A DNA stretch of 63,784 bases, counting the filler, from Choristocarpus tenellus KU-1152 (taxonomy: Eukaryota > Protista > Phaeophyceae): the NCBI GenBank assembly GCA_964200185.2. It is 12 parts of 12 records of this genome, joined end to end, with 100 filler letters (N's around TTAATTAATTAA, not from the genome) between each part and the next. Parts side by side here need not be neighbours in the genome. Positions count along the whole stretch, not along the records: positions 1 to 4,682 come from CAXNAD020013480.1; positions 4,783 to 7,864 come from CAXNAD020022448.1; positions 7,965 to 11,849 come from CAXNAD020017375.1; positions 11,950 to 14,473 come from CAXNAD020027072.1; 8 more parts are not named here. The stretch is one strand, 5' to 3'. Both the position numbers and the translations under genes were made by a program. Each line of letters begins with the position of its first letter. Within the stretch, counting starts at the first letter, position 1. Below the pieces are notes generated by a model. The model was given only the letters and a program-made list of their open reading frames with translations. It made no database searches and was not told the origin of the DNA. Shown piece after piece: positions 1 to 12,792 of the stretch.

Positions 1-179
1 GTTTAAAGTATCTGGGGGGGGGGGAGTCTACACCAGGGTATCCATTCGGGGCCTGACTAGGAAAAGTGCACTTACATTATCCATCCGACGTATGCAACCA
101 AATCACACAAGAATTGTGACATGGAAAAATGGGTCCCGAATGGACAGCCCCCAACCCCCCTCCCCAAATACTTCCAGCC
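1..179 (+). mobile_element. MITE-like family A copy (~178 bp)
   Basis: Ends gtttaaagtatctgggg...ccccaaatacttccagcc; internal sequence aligns with copies at 43436, 45434, 52020, 53225 and 56633; no coding capacity. Confidence 0.85.
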
Positions 180-616
180 TCCATGAGAATTTATTTTTTA
201 TTTGTATGAGAAATGAATGTCACGGTTTCAATTCAAGGACTTCATTACCATGTCACCAGGGGGAGGGAGAGATCTTGTATCATGTCCACGTTTCTCACTT
301 GAGTCAGTCAGAGAGACCCAACTGATTTTTTGATGGAAGGATTTTTTTTATTTGCTTTGTTGGCTGTGGAATACTCTTTCCAATTGACCTACCACCTCAT
401 CATTTTAATGCCTGTTCTTTAGTCTAAATGTTTCTGGTCTCAGAAACACAACCTCTGAAACAGAGTAGTAGTAATAGTAGTAGTAGATAGGTTTTGAAAA
501 AATTATCTCTTTTTTTAAACCCCCCCCCTCCCCCACCCCAACACCAAATCAGATTAATCGTTCCCCGTTGGCTTACCTAAATTCAACCCCACTCTTTCAT
601 CATGACAACCATCCAG

Positions 617-1237
617 GCTGGATGGAATTGGACCCTCTAAGCTGGTTGCAGCCATCAAGCCGGTGTCCCAACAGCCCATCCTGTATGTCACAAGCCAGTT
701 GGGTATGCTTCGAATGATGAAGAAGTTCGATCTTGACTTCTCAAAGGTGAGGGTGAGAGGGGTTTTGACAGGATATGGAAGGCAGGATGTCTTGGGTCGT
801 GCATCCATCGCATAGTAACAACACTACATGTGTGGGGGGCATTGTGGTGGTTGAAAGGCTAACTATTTGTGTATCCTTTTTTTTTACACTACTTTGGTGA
901 GACACATGTTTGTCCATAGCCCTGGCCCTTTTTGAGTGCAGATATTGAACAAGAAATAGGAGTTGCAGAAGGAGGGATGTCTTATCCTTCCAAATTCCTC
1001 CTTCTCAAGATCCCGGCCTCTCCGTAAGAATATCATTAACATGTATCCACTGGGGAGCATAGGAGGTTACACAATACAGGCATTGGACTTCGGATAAAAT
1101 TTGTGAAGTTAGCCTTGTTCCTATTGGTTGAGTTGTTACTGTTTGCATTGCATCCCTTACCTCTCAATACCAATACTCAAAGTTCACAAGTTCTATTGCT
1201 CTTCGCCACCTGAGAAAAAAATCATTGTCTCTTCCCT

Positions 1238-1282
<45 letters not shown>

Positions 1283-1417
1283 ACCACACTCCCCCCCCCC
1301 CTCTTCTTGGCGGCGCCCCCGGTAGCGCCCCGTGGATCGTCTCGAGCGACAGTGGTGNNNNNNNNNNCGGCCTACGCCTTTCTGGGGTGGCGGGGGTTTC
1401 CCCGTCTTCCCTTCCCC

Positions 1418-1448
<31 letters not shown>

Positions 1449-2055
1449 ATCCAATCCCCGGTGGCAAATAACATCTCTTCCACAGTCTTTTGGTGAGGGA
1501 CCTCCCAGCGAGACCTTAGGTATGCGCTTCAAGGGATACTGCTGGATTTTCACAGATTCCCTTATTGATAAACTTAGGGGCATACGGGCGAGGAAGGAAG
1601 TTCTCGAACAGGACAGCGAAGCCAAGAACAGTAGCGGTAGCCCTAACCCCATATCGAACAGCACTCATCCTGCAAAAAAGAGTAAACAAGGTATTATTAT
1701 TAATAATAATAATAATAATGAAGAATCTGTGAGTGCCGCCTCTGAGAAGAATGAAGTGGAAGACGACTTCCTCGGGTGGGGGCAGGGATTGAAGGGCAAC
1801 GGCAACGGCAACAACGATGGTGGCGACTACGCTAGCGATTTTTTTGGCGATTTGTCGGAGGAAGGTGTACCTCTGCTGAAGGAGTCGAGTCCGTATTCCG
1901 CCGGTGTGGAGAGGAAGCTGAACGAGGCCAGTCAAAGGCACAAGGATGGTGTTTGTAGAGAGGTGGCAGGCTTTACCCACAGTCGAGACCTGTTGAGGCA
2001 GTTGCAGCGGGAGTGGCTGCCTGCGATTGCGGCGGAGGAGCTGACGCCTAGCTAG
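617..2055 (+). CDS. Unknown protein, last two exons (5' part missing)
   Basis: Exon 617-746 (cag|...AAG|gtgagg; LDGIGPSKLVAAIKPVSQQPILYVTSQLGMLRMMKKFDLDFSK) splices in phase 0 to 1486-2055 (ccacag|; SFGEGPPSETLGMRFKGYCWIFTDSLIDKLRG...AAEELTPS*). The poly-Pro start of the listed ORF is an intronic C homopolymer. Confidence 0.6.
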
Positions 2056-4229
2056 TTTTATCAACAATAACAACAAGAAAAAGAAAAAAACTGTTGCTCC
2101 GTCGCTTCAACGTGTGTTGTCCGTACTGGACCCGTAGTTTGGGTAGGAACTGGCTATTTATTGCATGACTGCTGCTGCTTCTGTGGCTGGTGGTGGTGGT
2201 GGTGGTGCTATGCTCAGACAGGTGTTTGATGTCGTTTTCTGAACTCTTTCATTTTTGCTGCTGCAATAATAATAATAATAATTGGGTGTGGCAAGAAAGG
2301 AAAGAATTAGGATACTTTTTTATAGTGCGGGTGTGTGTGTGTGTGGCAAAGAATAAAAATAAAAATGTATTATTTTTTTTCTGTGTTGATGAATAATGTA
2401 TGACAAGTGTGTTGTGATTGTTTTGTTTTTTTTGCGTTTTGGTATTGGGTTTTGAGTCAATCAGACTACAACGTTACCTCATCGTGTCGAGAGGTTTGTG
2501 TTTTCAATGACATAATGGTGGTGGGGTGTTGCATTTCCTGGCTCAGACACCTTGCTTTTTGTGTTGTATCAAGGAATGGGTGAGGTTTTATCTCCTTGAC
2601 TAGGCGTGCTAGATCCACTGCTGGACCTCACGCCTTGGTTAGAATAGGAAAACCAAGTCAGAAGGGCACGCACAGGAAACTTTTATTTAATATCCTGTTG
2701 CTTCACTGTTGGTGGAGTCTGTTAATTAAGTTGATCAGAACGTTTTAAGGGGGGGGGGGGGGGAGGAGGGGGAAGACAGGTTTTTGTGGGGGGGGTGGTG
2801 GGGAATTTGTGTTGGNNNNNNNNNNACACAGGAAACTTTTTTTTATTTTCCTTTTGCTTCATTGTTGGGGGAGTGTGTTAATTAGGTTGTTGAGAATGTT
2901 TTAGGGGGGGGGGGGGGAGGAGGAGGAGGAAGACAGGTTTCTGTTGGGTGTGTTGTAGAGAATTTGTGTTTGCAATGAAGCAAGCGTCATGGGTAGGAGA
3001 GCAACTCATGATCATCTCTGAGGCTTCAGCCTGAGGAGTGCCACAGGTGAAAGGCGGTGTCAATTGAGCCGGTCATAGTGCGTGATTTGGGGGGGAAGTG
3101 GACTCAATTTGGTACTTTGCTTTTGTGTTTTGATCTGATGCGGCAGAGCTGTACTCACTGTGTGTTGGCACATCATATTTGACACCATGATGAGCGTGGT
3201 ATTTATCTTTTTGTTAAAACAGAGGGAGGCGTGTCCGTGTAGTCTATAGACCCACTTGTAGGAGACTTACCACCGCAGTCATCTGTGCCCGAGTTTGTTT
3301 CCTATTGGGAAGTCAATATGAGTGCGATTTTCATTTTTTTCTTCTTCTTTTTCTTCTTCTTAATCTTGTTTATTATTTTTTGGTTCTGATTTTTTTTTTT
3401 TTTTTTTTTTTTTCGTTAGGGTTTTGGGTTAAAATGATTTTTGTTTTACTTTCTTTTAAATTGGGAAATAACCAGGCTCTGCGTAAGGGTTACGGATAAA
3501 AATGTTATGTGTTTGACTTCTTGCTCTCGCTCAACGGGGTTGGGGGCATTGAAGGGAGGATAGATGTAATTTCTCAAGAGCCAGCCGGACGCGAGTGTTT
3601 TTGTGTATCTTGATTCTTGAGAAGATTCTTCTTTGCTAGTTGTGGTGGCATGACCATGCATGCGCACACATGGTTAGCAAAGGTCGGGCTATATCTTGGT
3701 CTGATTTGTGTTCTGATTCTACAGCGCTGTCTCATCTATTTGGGGGGGATTTTACATGGGTCCTTTGTGGTGGAAGAAGTAATAGTAGCAGTAGTAGTAG
3801 TAGTAGTAAAATCTTGTAGTGTGTATGTGTGTGTTGTATGTTTTCTGAAGGTCTGATTCCTTGAAAGTATAAAAAGAGAGTTGGTGCAGTTGATCAACAG
3901 GATGGTACTACTTGTAGGTTTTAATGCCCCTGTGATCTTTTTATCTGATTTTGTGAGGGGATGTGATGGTGTGCTTATTTATTTGCCTTAGTCCACCTGT
4001 TGTACGGGTTAGAGTGGTTCTTGGAGTTTTTTCATTGTTTTTATTTCCCGTCATTAACAAAAAACAAATATATTGTCAACAGTTTCATTCTTAGTCATAC
4101 TGTATATGGAGAACTTAACCGAAACCCTATTCAAAAGGATTTTTTAACTCTTTTTTTGTGCTTGGTCTTCTATCCATACCTTTCATTTATTCCTTGACAT
4201 TGAATATTATTATTATTATTATTGATTCT

Positions 4230-4570
4230 AACACCATTCAGAACACGTTTAGGTGAGTAGGTTGGCAGCTAATTTTCTAGATACTCTAAAACACCATCAT
4301 TTCGAGTGTGGCAGATTGTCTTTTACTGGAAAACAAACATCAAGAGCACGTTTTTGGAGGCGTTATTACCAACGGCGAACAGTGCATGCAGTCGCTAAAA
4401 ATGAAGTTGCCAAATTGGTGGAGTGATGAAATTGGATTGTAGACATGGGTATAACCCTAACCCTAATACCTTGTAGCAAGTCCTGTCTGCCGATAAAATA
4501 GTATCAACTACCTCAAGAGAGACCTCTCCATCTTGACCCACGAGATGTTGTGCCTGATGGATTGCCAACA
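4230..4570 (+). repeat. Dispersed repeat F, homologous (inverted) to ~40855-41250
   Basis: Colinear reverse-complement blocks, e.g. gctaattttctagatactctaaaacaccatca vs tgatggtgttttagaggtctagaaaattagc, and tgatgaaattggattgtagaca vs tgtctacagtatgatttcatc. Confidence 0.7.
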
Positions 4571-4682
4571 CTTAATGGCATGTCCAACACTACCTACTCT
4601 TCACAAGGAGCCTGCTGGCGATCACCCCCCCCCCCCCCCCACTCTGACACTTCCCCGTGGGGGAAGACCCCTTAGGGCCTTC

Positions 4683-4782
4683 NNNNNNNNNNNNNNNNNN
4701 NNNNNNNNNNNNNNNNNNNNNNNNNNTTAATTAATTAANNNNNNNNNNNNNNNNNNNNNNNNNNNNNNNNNNNNNNNNNNNN
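4683..4782. other. Artificial contig linker N44-TTAATTAATTAA-N44 (first of 11)
   Basis: Same 100-nt linker with stops in all six frames also at 7865-7964, 11850-11949, 14474-14573, 22888-22987, 28523-28622, 31754-31853, 40572-40671, 46481-46580, 50039-50138 and 56822-56921. Confidence 0.97.
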
Positions 4783-4858
4783 CCACACCCACCGCGCCCC
4801 CACGCCAGGCACGAAAAAAGAGACCAAAAAAAAAGGGAGGGAGGGGGAGGGAAGGGTA

Positions 4859-4898
<40 letters not shown>

Positions 4899-5515
4899 AA
4901 GGGGGGTCACACAGAATTCTTCAGAGCCATGTGGAGGAAAAATCCACCCGCCTGTAGATGGCGCTGATGCCTATAAAGGGCTCTTGAGATACTCTGACAG
5001 TCAAAAGGTCCAATGAGGATGGTGAATATCAGGTCAGCAGATGAAGGTATACCCTTTATCGATCAGAATGCTTCGAAAACCCTCGCGAGAAAGCTAGGTT
5101 CATTCAGCCCGGCGTAGAATGAATCCTCAAAAAAAGAAAACGAGTCAAAATTTTCGCAGCTGAAAAAAAAAAATTGCAGTTGACAAAAATAAATAAAAAC
5201 AAACACGATTACAAACAGTAGAGCTACTCACGAACATAACGAGAAACGCCTCTCTGCGTGCGAACACACAACAAACAAAAAAAAAAGAAGAGAGAACCGA
5301 GAGTGCATGAACTGCGCTTCCATCGATAAGACACAAGCCAAAAATAACTAAAATAAAAATAACTTATATAAAAATAACTAACTCACTCAAGCCACTACGG
5401 TTCGAGCAGTGGGGGATGCCCTCAGCACATCATACCGACCTAACAAACTGCACCAATTTAAATTCCAACCAATCCAGCATCCTTTCACTCCCCCCCTGCC
5501 CCCACCACACCTCAC

Positions 5516-7278
5516 CGCCAGAGTGCTCTTCCCAGAACCAGGGCCGCCCGCCACAGCAACCCACAGCTGTCCACCACGCCCCTTACCCGTAAACCCTGCT
5601 CTGATCTTATCTCGCAGGTCCCTGGCAAGGGTCTCATAAACGCCTTCCATCTTCTCATCGCACCTAGGGATAGCATTAGGGACTCCGCTGCCCCCCAACT
5701 CACTCCCTCGCAATTCCACGTCGTTGGAAGCCTTTCCGTTGCTGATTACACCACGGACCTCAACGACACGCTGCTGAGGTCCACACCCGCCTGTTAATGG
5801 TGTAGATATCCCTTTCCCGTCCTCCAAGCACGCCGCCACCTCATGCACCGGAAGCCTTGCCTCTGTCTCGGTAGTCGCCGTTGTCTCCTCTCTCCTTGCC
5901 AAGACCCTGTCCAATCTTTTCGATGCACCCTCGGAGGCAGGCGTAGGCGCAGGCGAAGGCGACGCCGCGATCTCCTCGTTCTTACAGGTCTCCTCTGATG
6001 CATACTCCCCAGCATCGTTCCCATCGCTTGTGCCCCCCACTGCCCCAGTCCCACGCCAGGTCAATTCCACAAGTAAGGGATAATGAAGGTCTGGGTCGTA
6101 GTCAACCCCACCACAGTACTCTTGATGCATGTTCCACACCTTGCCGTCATACTCTCGCCGCAAAAGAGCCTCCAGCTCTCTACCAAACCTTCCCCTGTAC
6201 TGCCCTTCCCCTTCCGCCACCCTCACCGTCTCAGAGGAACAATCAACAACTTGGTTGCTTTCGTCGATACGAGCAGGCACCATGGAAGGCGTAGCCGATG
6301 AGACGGCATCAGGAGCGGGCATTGCAGGCGCAGATGACAGCGCAAGGCCCGAGGAGGACGAAGGGAAGGCCGTTTGGTTGAGGAGAGGGGTATGTGGCAG
6401 AGAGGAGACCCTAGATAAGAACAAGTCTACAGTACCTCCTCGCTGAGGCTGTATCAATACAACTCGTCCAGAGGGTGAGAGTAGAGCAGCAATTGTCGCC
6501 AACAGGTCTATGTGGAACTCCTGGCAAAGAGAGGTCGAATGATGGGATTCAGGGGTACGGTGGGGGGGGGGAGTGAGGCTCTTGAACATTCATATATAGA
6601 ATATTCATGGAAACAACAGTGGGTTCAAAACGACACCCTTCATGCTGCCTTACACAGGTGACAGCAAGAGACAACTAAAGGTACCATAGACAGTGGAAGG
6701 TATAACCTTGGAGGGATTGTCATTCTCTGCGACATCTCGGCCTCGCATCCTACTCAATCTGTCAATAGATATCATCCTACTCAATATTTCTCGTCTTTTT
6801 TAAGCAGGCTCTAAACTGTAAGTCTACTTTTTTTTCTTTTCTTTTTCTTTTCTTTTCTAAGGTATTGGTGTTACGCCTTCAAATGAAATACGAAAACCTA
6901 CTACCCCCCACACTGCACTCCACGAATGGTTCACTCCTCGACATACTGGCAGCTCAAATATCAGAGACGTTTCCATCACAAACCCCACCCCACCAGCACT
7001 GACTGGTCGAGTAGCCGCTCTGGGCACATCTAGTAAAACTGCTGACTACTTCACAGTTGCTAATGAAAGTTTCAAAACGTGTACGGCGAATCCCGCTGCT
7101 TCTGACCTTCATAACTGTTGTGTGAACACCAACAGCACATTCATCATGTCGATACATCCTACACTTCACCACAACGTGAGTAGTGTTTAGGACACCAACT
7201 CCGCCCACTGATCCAGAAACTAGAGAGGCAGCGGAAGCTCACTCCACCACATCAATCAAACCACCACAAACTCGGAAA

Positions 7279-7309
<31 letters not shown>

Positions 7310-7458
7310 CACCCACACAAAACCCACAACACCAACAACAAGGGCGGAGAAGGAGAGAGAAGAGCACGGGGCGGGCNNNNNNNNNNCACTGAACCAGAAA
7401 GGAGGGAGGCAGCGGACGACCCCCCCACCACAACAATCAAACCACCAAAAAAAAAAAA

Positions 7459-7489
<31 letters not shown>

Positions 7490-7802
7490 CACACACACAA
7501 TGCCTACAACGCCTACAACAAAGCCGACACAATTGTACCACTAACACACAGCAGGCATCCAAATCAACGCCACTAACCTTTCTAGTAACATCCGGCGGCA
7601 TGATTGGCTAACCCCAGTCACAACCCTAAGTGGCACCTACAGTACACATTCCGCTGTACTCACAAGGACGACAAATACAGTGTAGCACCATGAAACCGAT
7701 AACGGATCAGGCGTTATCTAAGGTATAAGGTATATATCACACACTAACCTTGAAGAAGAGGCAGTCCGCACCAATGATCAGATCAAACCCACAGCGACAA
7801 CC
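5516..7802 (-). CDS. CAMKMT: Calmodulin-lysine N-methyltransferase-like domain fused to Yfh7/YggC-like P-loop kinase (partial, two exons)
   Basis: Exon ~7802-7749 (GCRCGFDLIIGADCLFFK|gttagt) splices in phase 0 to exon 6520-5516 (cag|EFHIDLLATIAALLSPSGRVVLIQPQRGGTVDLF...YDGKVWNMHQEY...YDPDLHYPLLVELT...MEGVYETLARDLRDKI...LWVAVAGGPGSGKSTLA|gtgagg). ADCLFF, P-x-RG-x-T and HYPLL are CaM-KMT motifs; GGPGSGKST is Walker A. Confidence 0.85.
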
Positions 7803-7803
7803 C

Positions 7804-7860
<57 letters not shown>

Positions 7861-10050
7861 GCACNNNNNNNNNNNNNNNNNNNNNNNNNNNNNNNNNNNN
7901 NNNNNNNNTTAATTAATTAANNNNNNNNNNNNNNNNNNNNNNNNNNNNNNNNNNNNNNNNNNNNCATGACGCACAAAATAGGTTAAAATTGGATATATAC
8001 TTACTCCGGAATATATCCCATGACACGTCCCCCCCTCCCTCCCCCCCTCCCCCCCTCCCGTCCAAAGAAGCGGGATCATTACTATGAGTAGTGCATCGTT
8101 GTACATTTTTTATTTTATTTTTGTGGCTGTTGGACACTACCTGAATTGTTGCTTCTCTGACAATCAGAATCCTGATCCATGTTTTAAAAGCCATCACAAC
8201 ATGCTGTTACCGTGCTTGGTATCAACTTTGAGTACACAGAGTGTGTATGTGAGGGAAACATATTGTACACGAGAATCAATTGGTTTGTCAGGGTATGTCC
8301 TAGATCTGCTGCCTACGATGCTATCCTTTGGTTGATTTTTTTTTTAGAGTTTCTGCTTAGTCTTTTTTTATTCTAAAACGTCCTACTATTACTCCACCAG
8401 TACAAAATGTGGGGGCTGCACAGAGGTGTGGGAACTAAGACACAGCCAATTAAAAAGTACTGGCTGTTTGGTGATCTCCTCGGTGATGGTGGGGGAAGTA
8501 CATTGGATCTCCTTCAGGGAACCTTTCCACGCTGCTGCTTAGTATTTTTTTTCCCCACAAAGGTTTCGTTTGTTAGTTGTGATTTGGTCCAATATCATGA
8601 GCAAGAGATTCTGTGCTTCTGTTATTGTGGTAGACAATTCGATGATTGCAACACACCAGAAAAATTCGCGGTTCCATGATATGATGCTGAGTTCGTAATA
8701 TTTTTTTAGCAGTCAGTATCGCGTACCCTGCGTCAGCAATCGTTCCACCCACCACGTCACCCACGTAAGATTGTTGCATACTGCCGTTTTGGGTGGTAGG
8801 TGATGGCTGTGGTGCAGACGTTTGTTGTGGATGTGTTGGACAGAGGGAGAGGGATACACACATCTACATATAAGAGATAGAACAACGCATGTATATTCAC
8901 ATTGGTGAGGGACCCACCATTAAGTCCACATGAAGTCTGTGACACCTGGATGTGGAGTGTATATGTGTGTGGTGCCATGAAAGAGGGAACCAATCTCTCC
9001 TTTCTGGGCAACGGCCTACCCTATTAAGTAGTAGAACGCTGAGCATCACGGTCACACTTCCCCTGCATACATACTTTAAGCAAGGATGTAGTGATCCACA
9101 CACATGTTTCCTGTTTCAAGGTGTCTAACCTCTATTGCCTTTTCGGCAGGACTATTTCGGTACTTTTGACCTCTTGCTTTTCAATTGCATTCAGGAGAGT
9201 GTGTGATAGTTTCACATGTACCAACCACTGCTAGGGCATCATTCTCTCACATACATGTTGTAATGCTGTACCACACATGTGCTCATTTTGTCAGGGGAGA
9301 AATGGGGTGCGTGAAGTTCTGAAGAACCACGCTTGAAGTACTTCACATGGACAGATATGTTGCTATTGCCACACTGAATCGTTTTCCTTGTACATGTATG
9401 GATATCATACCTACTCAGTTCTTACCATATTACATTTGGCTAGGTGCTATTTACACCACATGATGTGCAGCTTCCTCAAATTGCACCTCCTCCCCTTGCC
9501 CAATTAGTCGAGAAATCGGTGGCCCAATATAAAATAGAAATCGTCAAAAAATGGAAAAACCCTTACGAAGTACGTGGGGGTGGTTCCCCAAGCGGAAGGG
9601 GTTTTCACTCAAGGACCAAGAGAAATGATAAATCGGTTGTCAATGATAAAAAAATACATGGAAGTGGGGGGTCGCTATAGTGCAACTAAGGGTGCAGTGC
9701 GCCAAGAATGCACCACATACACAACATCCCTACATGGTATCACCAACCACCCATGTAGAGGGCATGTGTGAAGGCTGTTTCTACCTTAACTAATGATACT
9801 CACGCATAATTGCTTGACAAGTTTGGCGAAGCAAATCGTGTTACACAGACAGAGTTTCCGTTCTTGTTGCTTGAATTTCCTCTTTTGTTCTCATTGCGGG
9901 TGCATCCACAGCACCATGATACAATGCAATAATCACATATGAGCCAATATATCAATAGCAAAAGAAAGTGAGGAAGAACCTTCGCTCAAGTACATCATAA
10001 GGTGTGAGGGAATGATAATCACAAAGCCTTCATTTTCTTCTCCTTTTACA

Positions 10051-10312
10051 GAGTCAAAGTAAACGAGAGGTACCCAGGGTTGCATTTTGAGGATGCTGCT
10101 AAATATGTCCAAACGTTGACGAGTCTCTGTCAATTGCGCGTAGGGTATTTTCCGAATTGTGTCGCAAAGTTGTAACCGATGAAGAAATCAACCCTCTCAA
10201 GTCAAACTTAGATCTTCATCCCCAGAAAGATGGGAGAATGGAACAGGATTGAAAAGCTGTCCAGTAATGCAAAATCGGCCAAAAACTGAGTACCTCGTGT
10301 TTACTCTGACTC
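10051..10312 (+). mobile_element. MITE-like family C copy (262 bp)
   Basis: TIRs gagtcaaagtaaacgagaggtac...gtacctcgtgtttactctgactc; homologue at 41513-41762. Confidence 0.75.
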
Positions 10313-11809
10313 TTGATTTAAGAATGTAGTTTGGATGAGGGAATTGATGATCTCAAAACTTCATTTTTTTCTCTTTTTACTTTATAGTATGTAATATGGA
10401 GTATTTATTAATCGTAATAGTAGCAGTAGTTGTACTGCTACTACTAGTAGTAGTAGATATAGTAGATAAGTGTGCTTTTGCCCTCTTTCTGTTCCTCTGA
10501 ACTAGAACTTCCACTTGCAAAAGAGGAAAGGAGAAAGAGGAAAGACACACCTTTTAAAAAAACATCTCCACTCAATTCTTTGAAAGGATTGGCTCACAGC
10601 TTATTCATTGGCTCAAGTAGTACCGATAAAACTTACTGCATGATGCTCAGGTTTCGGAGCATACAACCAGGCGCAAATTAGAGTTTCATTATGCTATAGT
10701 CTATATATCCTCCGAAGAGGAAATAAAAAACACAGATGAAAATATATGTACGTCATGATGAGGCATGCAGCACCTGTCTCCTGTGATGTTATAATTTGCA
10801 CAGACTTGAGAGCATTAAACCACACGTCAGCACCGAACACATGACGTTCCCTATTTTCACACTCCTGCCCACCTTGTCCAGCCTGTCTGTGGCTTGACAA
10901 ATTCAACATCTTACTTCAACAAAATTTACCATCACATCCTTACCACCTTATCAACCACAGTAATAACAATTGTATGCAAACATACAGTCTTCCCTTGGTA
11001 ACATTCAATTCGACCTTTCAAAAAGCAAAATACGGTCTTGCTGCTCCCTTTATTCGTGGTTACATGATTGCTTACAAGAACTCAGTCCCTAATCTACTTT
11101 ATTTTTTTCTACAGATATATCTCACCTCCCTTTGGCGGGAGAAAAACAAAAAGAAGGGAAATCCTCAAGGTGGAGGTTAGATGCTGGTCTTCTTCTAAAC
11201 ACAAAGCAACAGGAATAGTCAGACAAAACAGAAACATGACATCTTAATTTCCCTCATTTCTTCCTACAGAACATACTTCTGTCAATTGTGTGGATCATCG
11301 CTCGCCAAAAAATATTGTGCTCTTCTTGAGGTCTAATCACTCAACAAGGTAAACACATACTTCAAGGGCAAACTACGGTCCACCTTGATAACATAATGAC
11401 ATCCCCTCTACGCTGTTGTCATTCCCTTCCTGACTACATCCCACTATCCCTTGGTTGATATTCGGTTGAAAGTAGTAGTAACCTCTTCGACTTCATCACT
11501 TGCCGACCAAAGGTTCAGAAAATGAAAATCTCTATGATTCTCCTCGTGATGGACCCAGCATTTCAGGCTTGTTTCCTTCTCCTGACCTCTTAATCAACAT
11601 TGTCCGATGGAACGTGCATTTGGTACTGCAGGAGTCCCACTGGTAGCTCCATTGACCGCTGCTTCTTCGAGATCACAAATTTTCTGGACCGGCAGGAAAC
11701 TTATCCATCGTACCACTAAAGAAGCCATTGATGGCTTCAGGGCTACAACCCTCCTGACAAGGGCAAATGCGTAGTTGGAGGTAGTATCAATTGTATGGGG
11801 CGGGAGATA

Positions 11810-11849
11810 GGCTCAAAGTTCCTGGGAGGGGGGGGCGGCTGTCCATTTG
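11810..11849 (-). mobile_element. Family A end truncated by contig break (also 22847-22887, 28488-28522, 46451-46480)
   Basis: ggctcaaagttcctgggagggggggcggctgtccatttg immediately before the linker. Confidence 0.8.
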
Positions 11850-12346
11850 NNNNNNNNNNNNNNNNNNNNNNNNNNNNNNNNNNNNNNNNNNNNTTAATTA
11901 ATTAANNNNNNNNNNNNNNNNNNNNNNNNNNNNNNNNNNNNNNNNNNNNTTCGGGGGGGGGGGGGGGGTGGTGGGTTGTCGTTGAGTTTCAAGAGTCACT
12001 CCTGTGCCCGCCTTGTGATACGTTAATGTGCTTTGAGCATTGTTGTAGAGAGGGCTTTCTGAGAGCAATGTGTTGCATATCATTCCTAATCTTCTCCTCT
12101 ACAGTTACAATTCCTAAAAAGGCGAAGGGGGAGGCTCAACTGCATTCCAGCCTTGGGCATGGTGGATAACTGCGTAAGGCTTAGCTTGTCGTTCAACCTC
12201 CAGAGGGCAAAGGTTGATCACCCACTTAGGTTCTTTCATATATATATATATATATATATTCGTAACAGCCGAGCTGTTTTTTAACAGGGGACACATGATC
12301 ACTCACAAACAAACATTGTGGAATGGAATGTAACGGAATGTAACAG

Positions 12347-12514
12347 GAGGGTCAGGATTACTTGGCAGCCATGGCGGCGGCAGCAAACTATGCGTGGGTG
12401 AATCGATCCACGATGACTTTCCTCACCAGGCAGGCGTTTGCCAAGCAGTTCAAGTCCTCCCCTGATGACCTGGATATGCATGTGGTGTACGATGTCTCTC
12501 ATAATATTGCCAAG
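12347..12514 (+). CDS. RTCB: RNA-splicing ligase RtcB, single internal exon
   Basis: aacag|[56 protein letters not shown]|gtgtgg; 168 nt, phase 0/0; contains the conserved YDVSHNIAK motif of eukaryotic RTCB. Confidence 0.96.
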
Positions 12515-12689
12515 GTGTGGCGTTTCAACGTATTTTTAACGAAAGACTTGTACTTGAAAGTATTTGTGCACCAGACAGTTCATGTATGTATGTATGTATG
12601 TATGTATTATGAGTGTGTGTTTGTGTATCTATGTATTACGTGTTATGTATATATGTGCATGTGAGGGCAAGTGTGGTGATGTTAACGCA

Positions 12690-12792
12690 GGTGATGGTTT
12701 TCATTAGTGTGAGGGGGAGAGATGAATACAAGGTGTTGATGTGATTGGTTTTCATTAGTGGGGGAGATGAATACAATGTGTTGATGTGATTT
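12690..12792. repeat. Intronic tandem duplication (~49-bp unit, 2 copies)
   Basis: gtga(t)tggttttcattagtg...gggagatgaatacaa(g/t)gtgttgat repeated twice. Confidence 0.8.

Noticed and set aside
1128-1483. Poly-Pro/poly-Gly ORFs (also 14526-14753 and 56874-57080)
   Set aside because: Translations of C/G homopolymers next to gaps, intronic or low quality.
2671-2970. Near-tandem duplications flanking short N gaps (also ~7206-7500)
   Set aside because: The two versions differ by homopolymer-biased errors on either side of a gap, typical of unmerged overlapping contig ends.
4727-4738. Recurrent palindrome TTAATTAATTAA between N runs, superficially like a regularly spaced repeat array
   Set aside because: Artificial six-frame-stop linker, always centred in an exact 100-nt block.
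8727-8780. Minus-strand frame YATILRG*RGGWNDC*R with two in-frame TGA codons (possible selenoprotein)
   Set aside because: No recognisable selenoprotein motif or SECIS; other frames are open and a plus-strand exon (ttttagcag...AC|gtaaga) is equally plausible.
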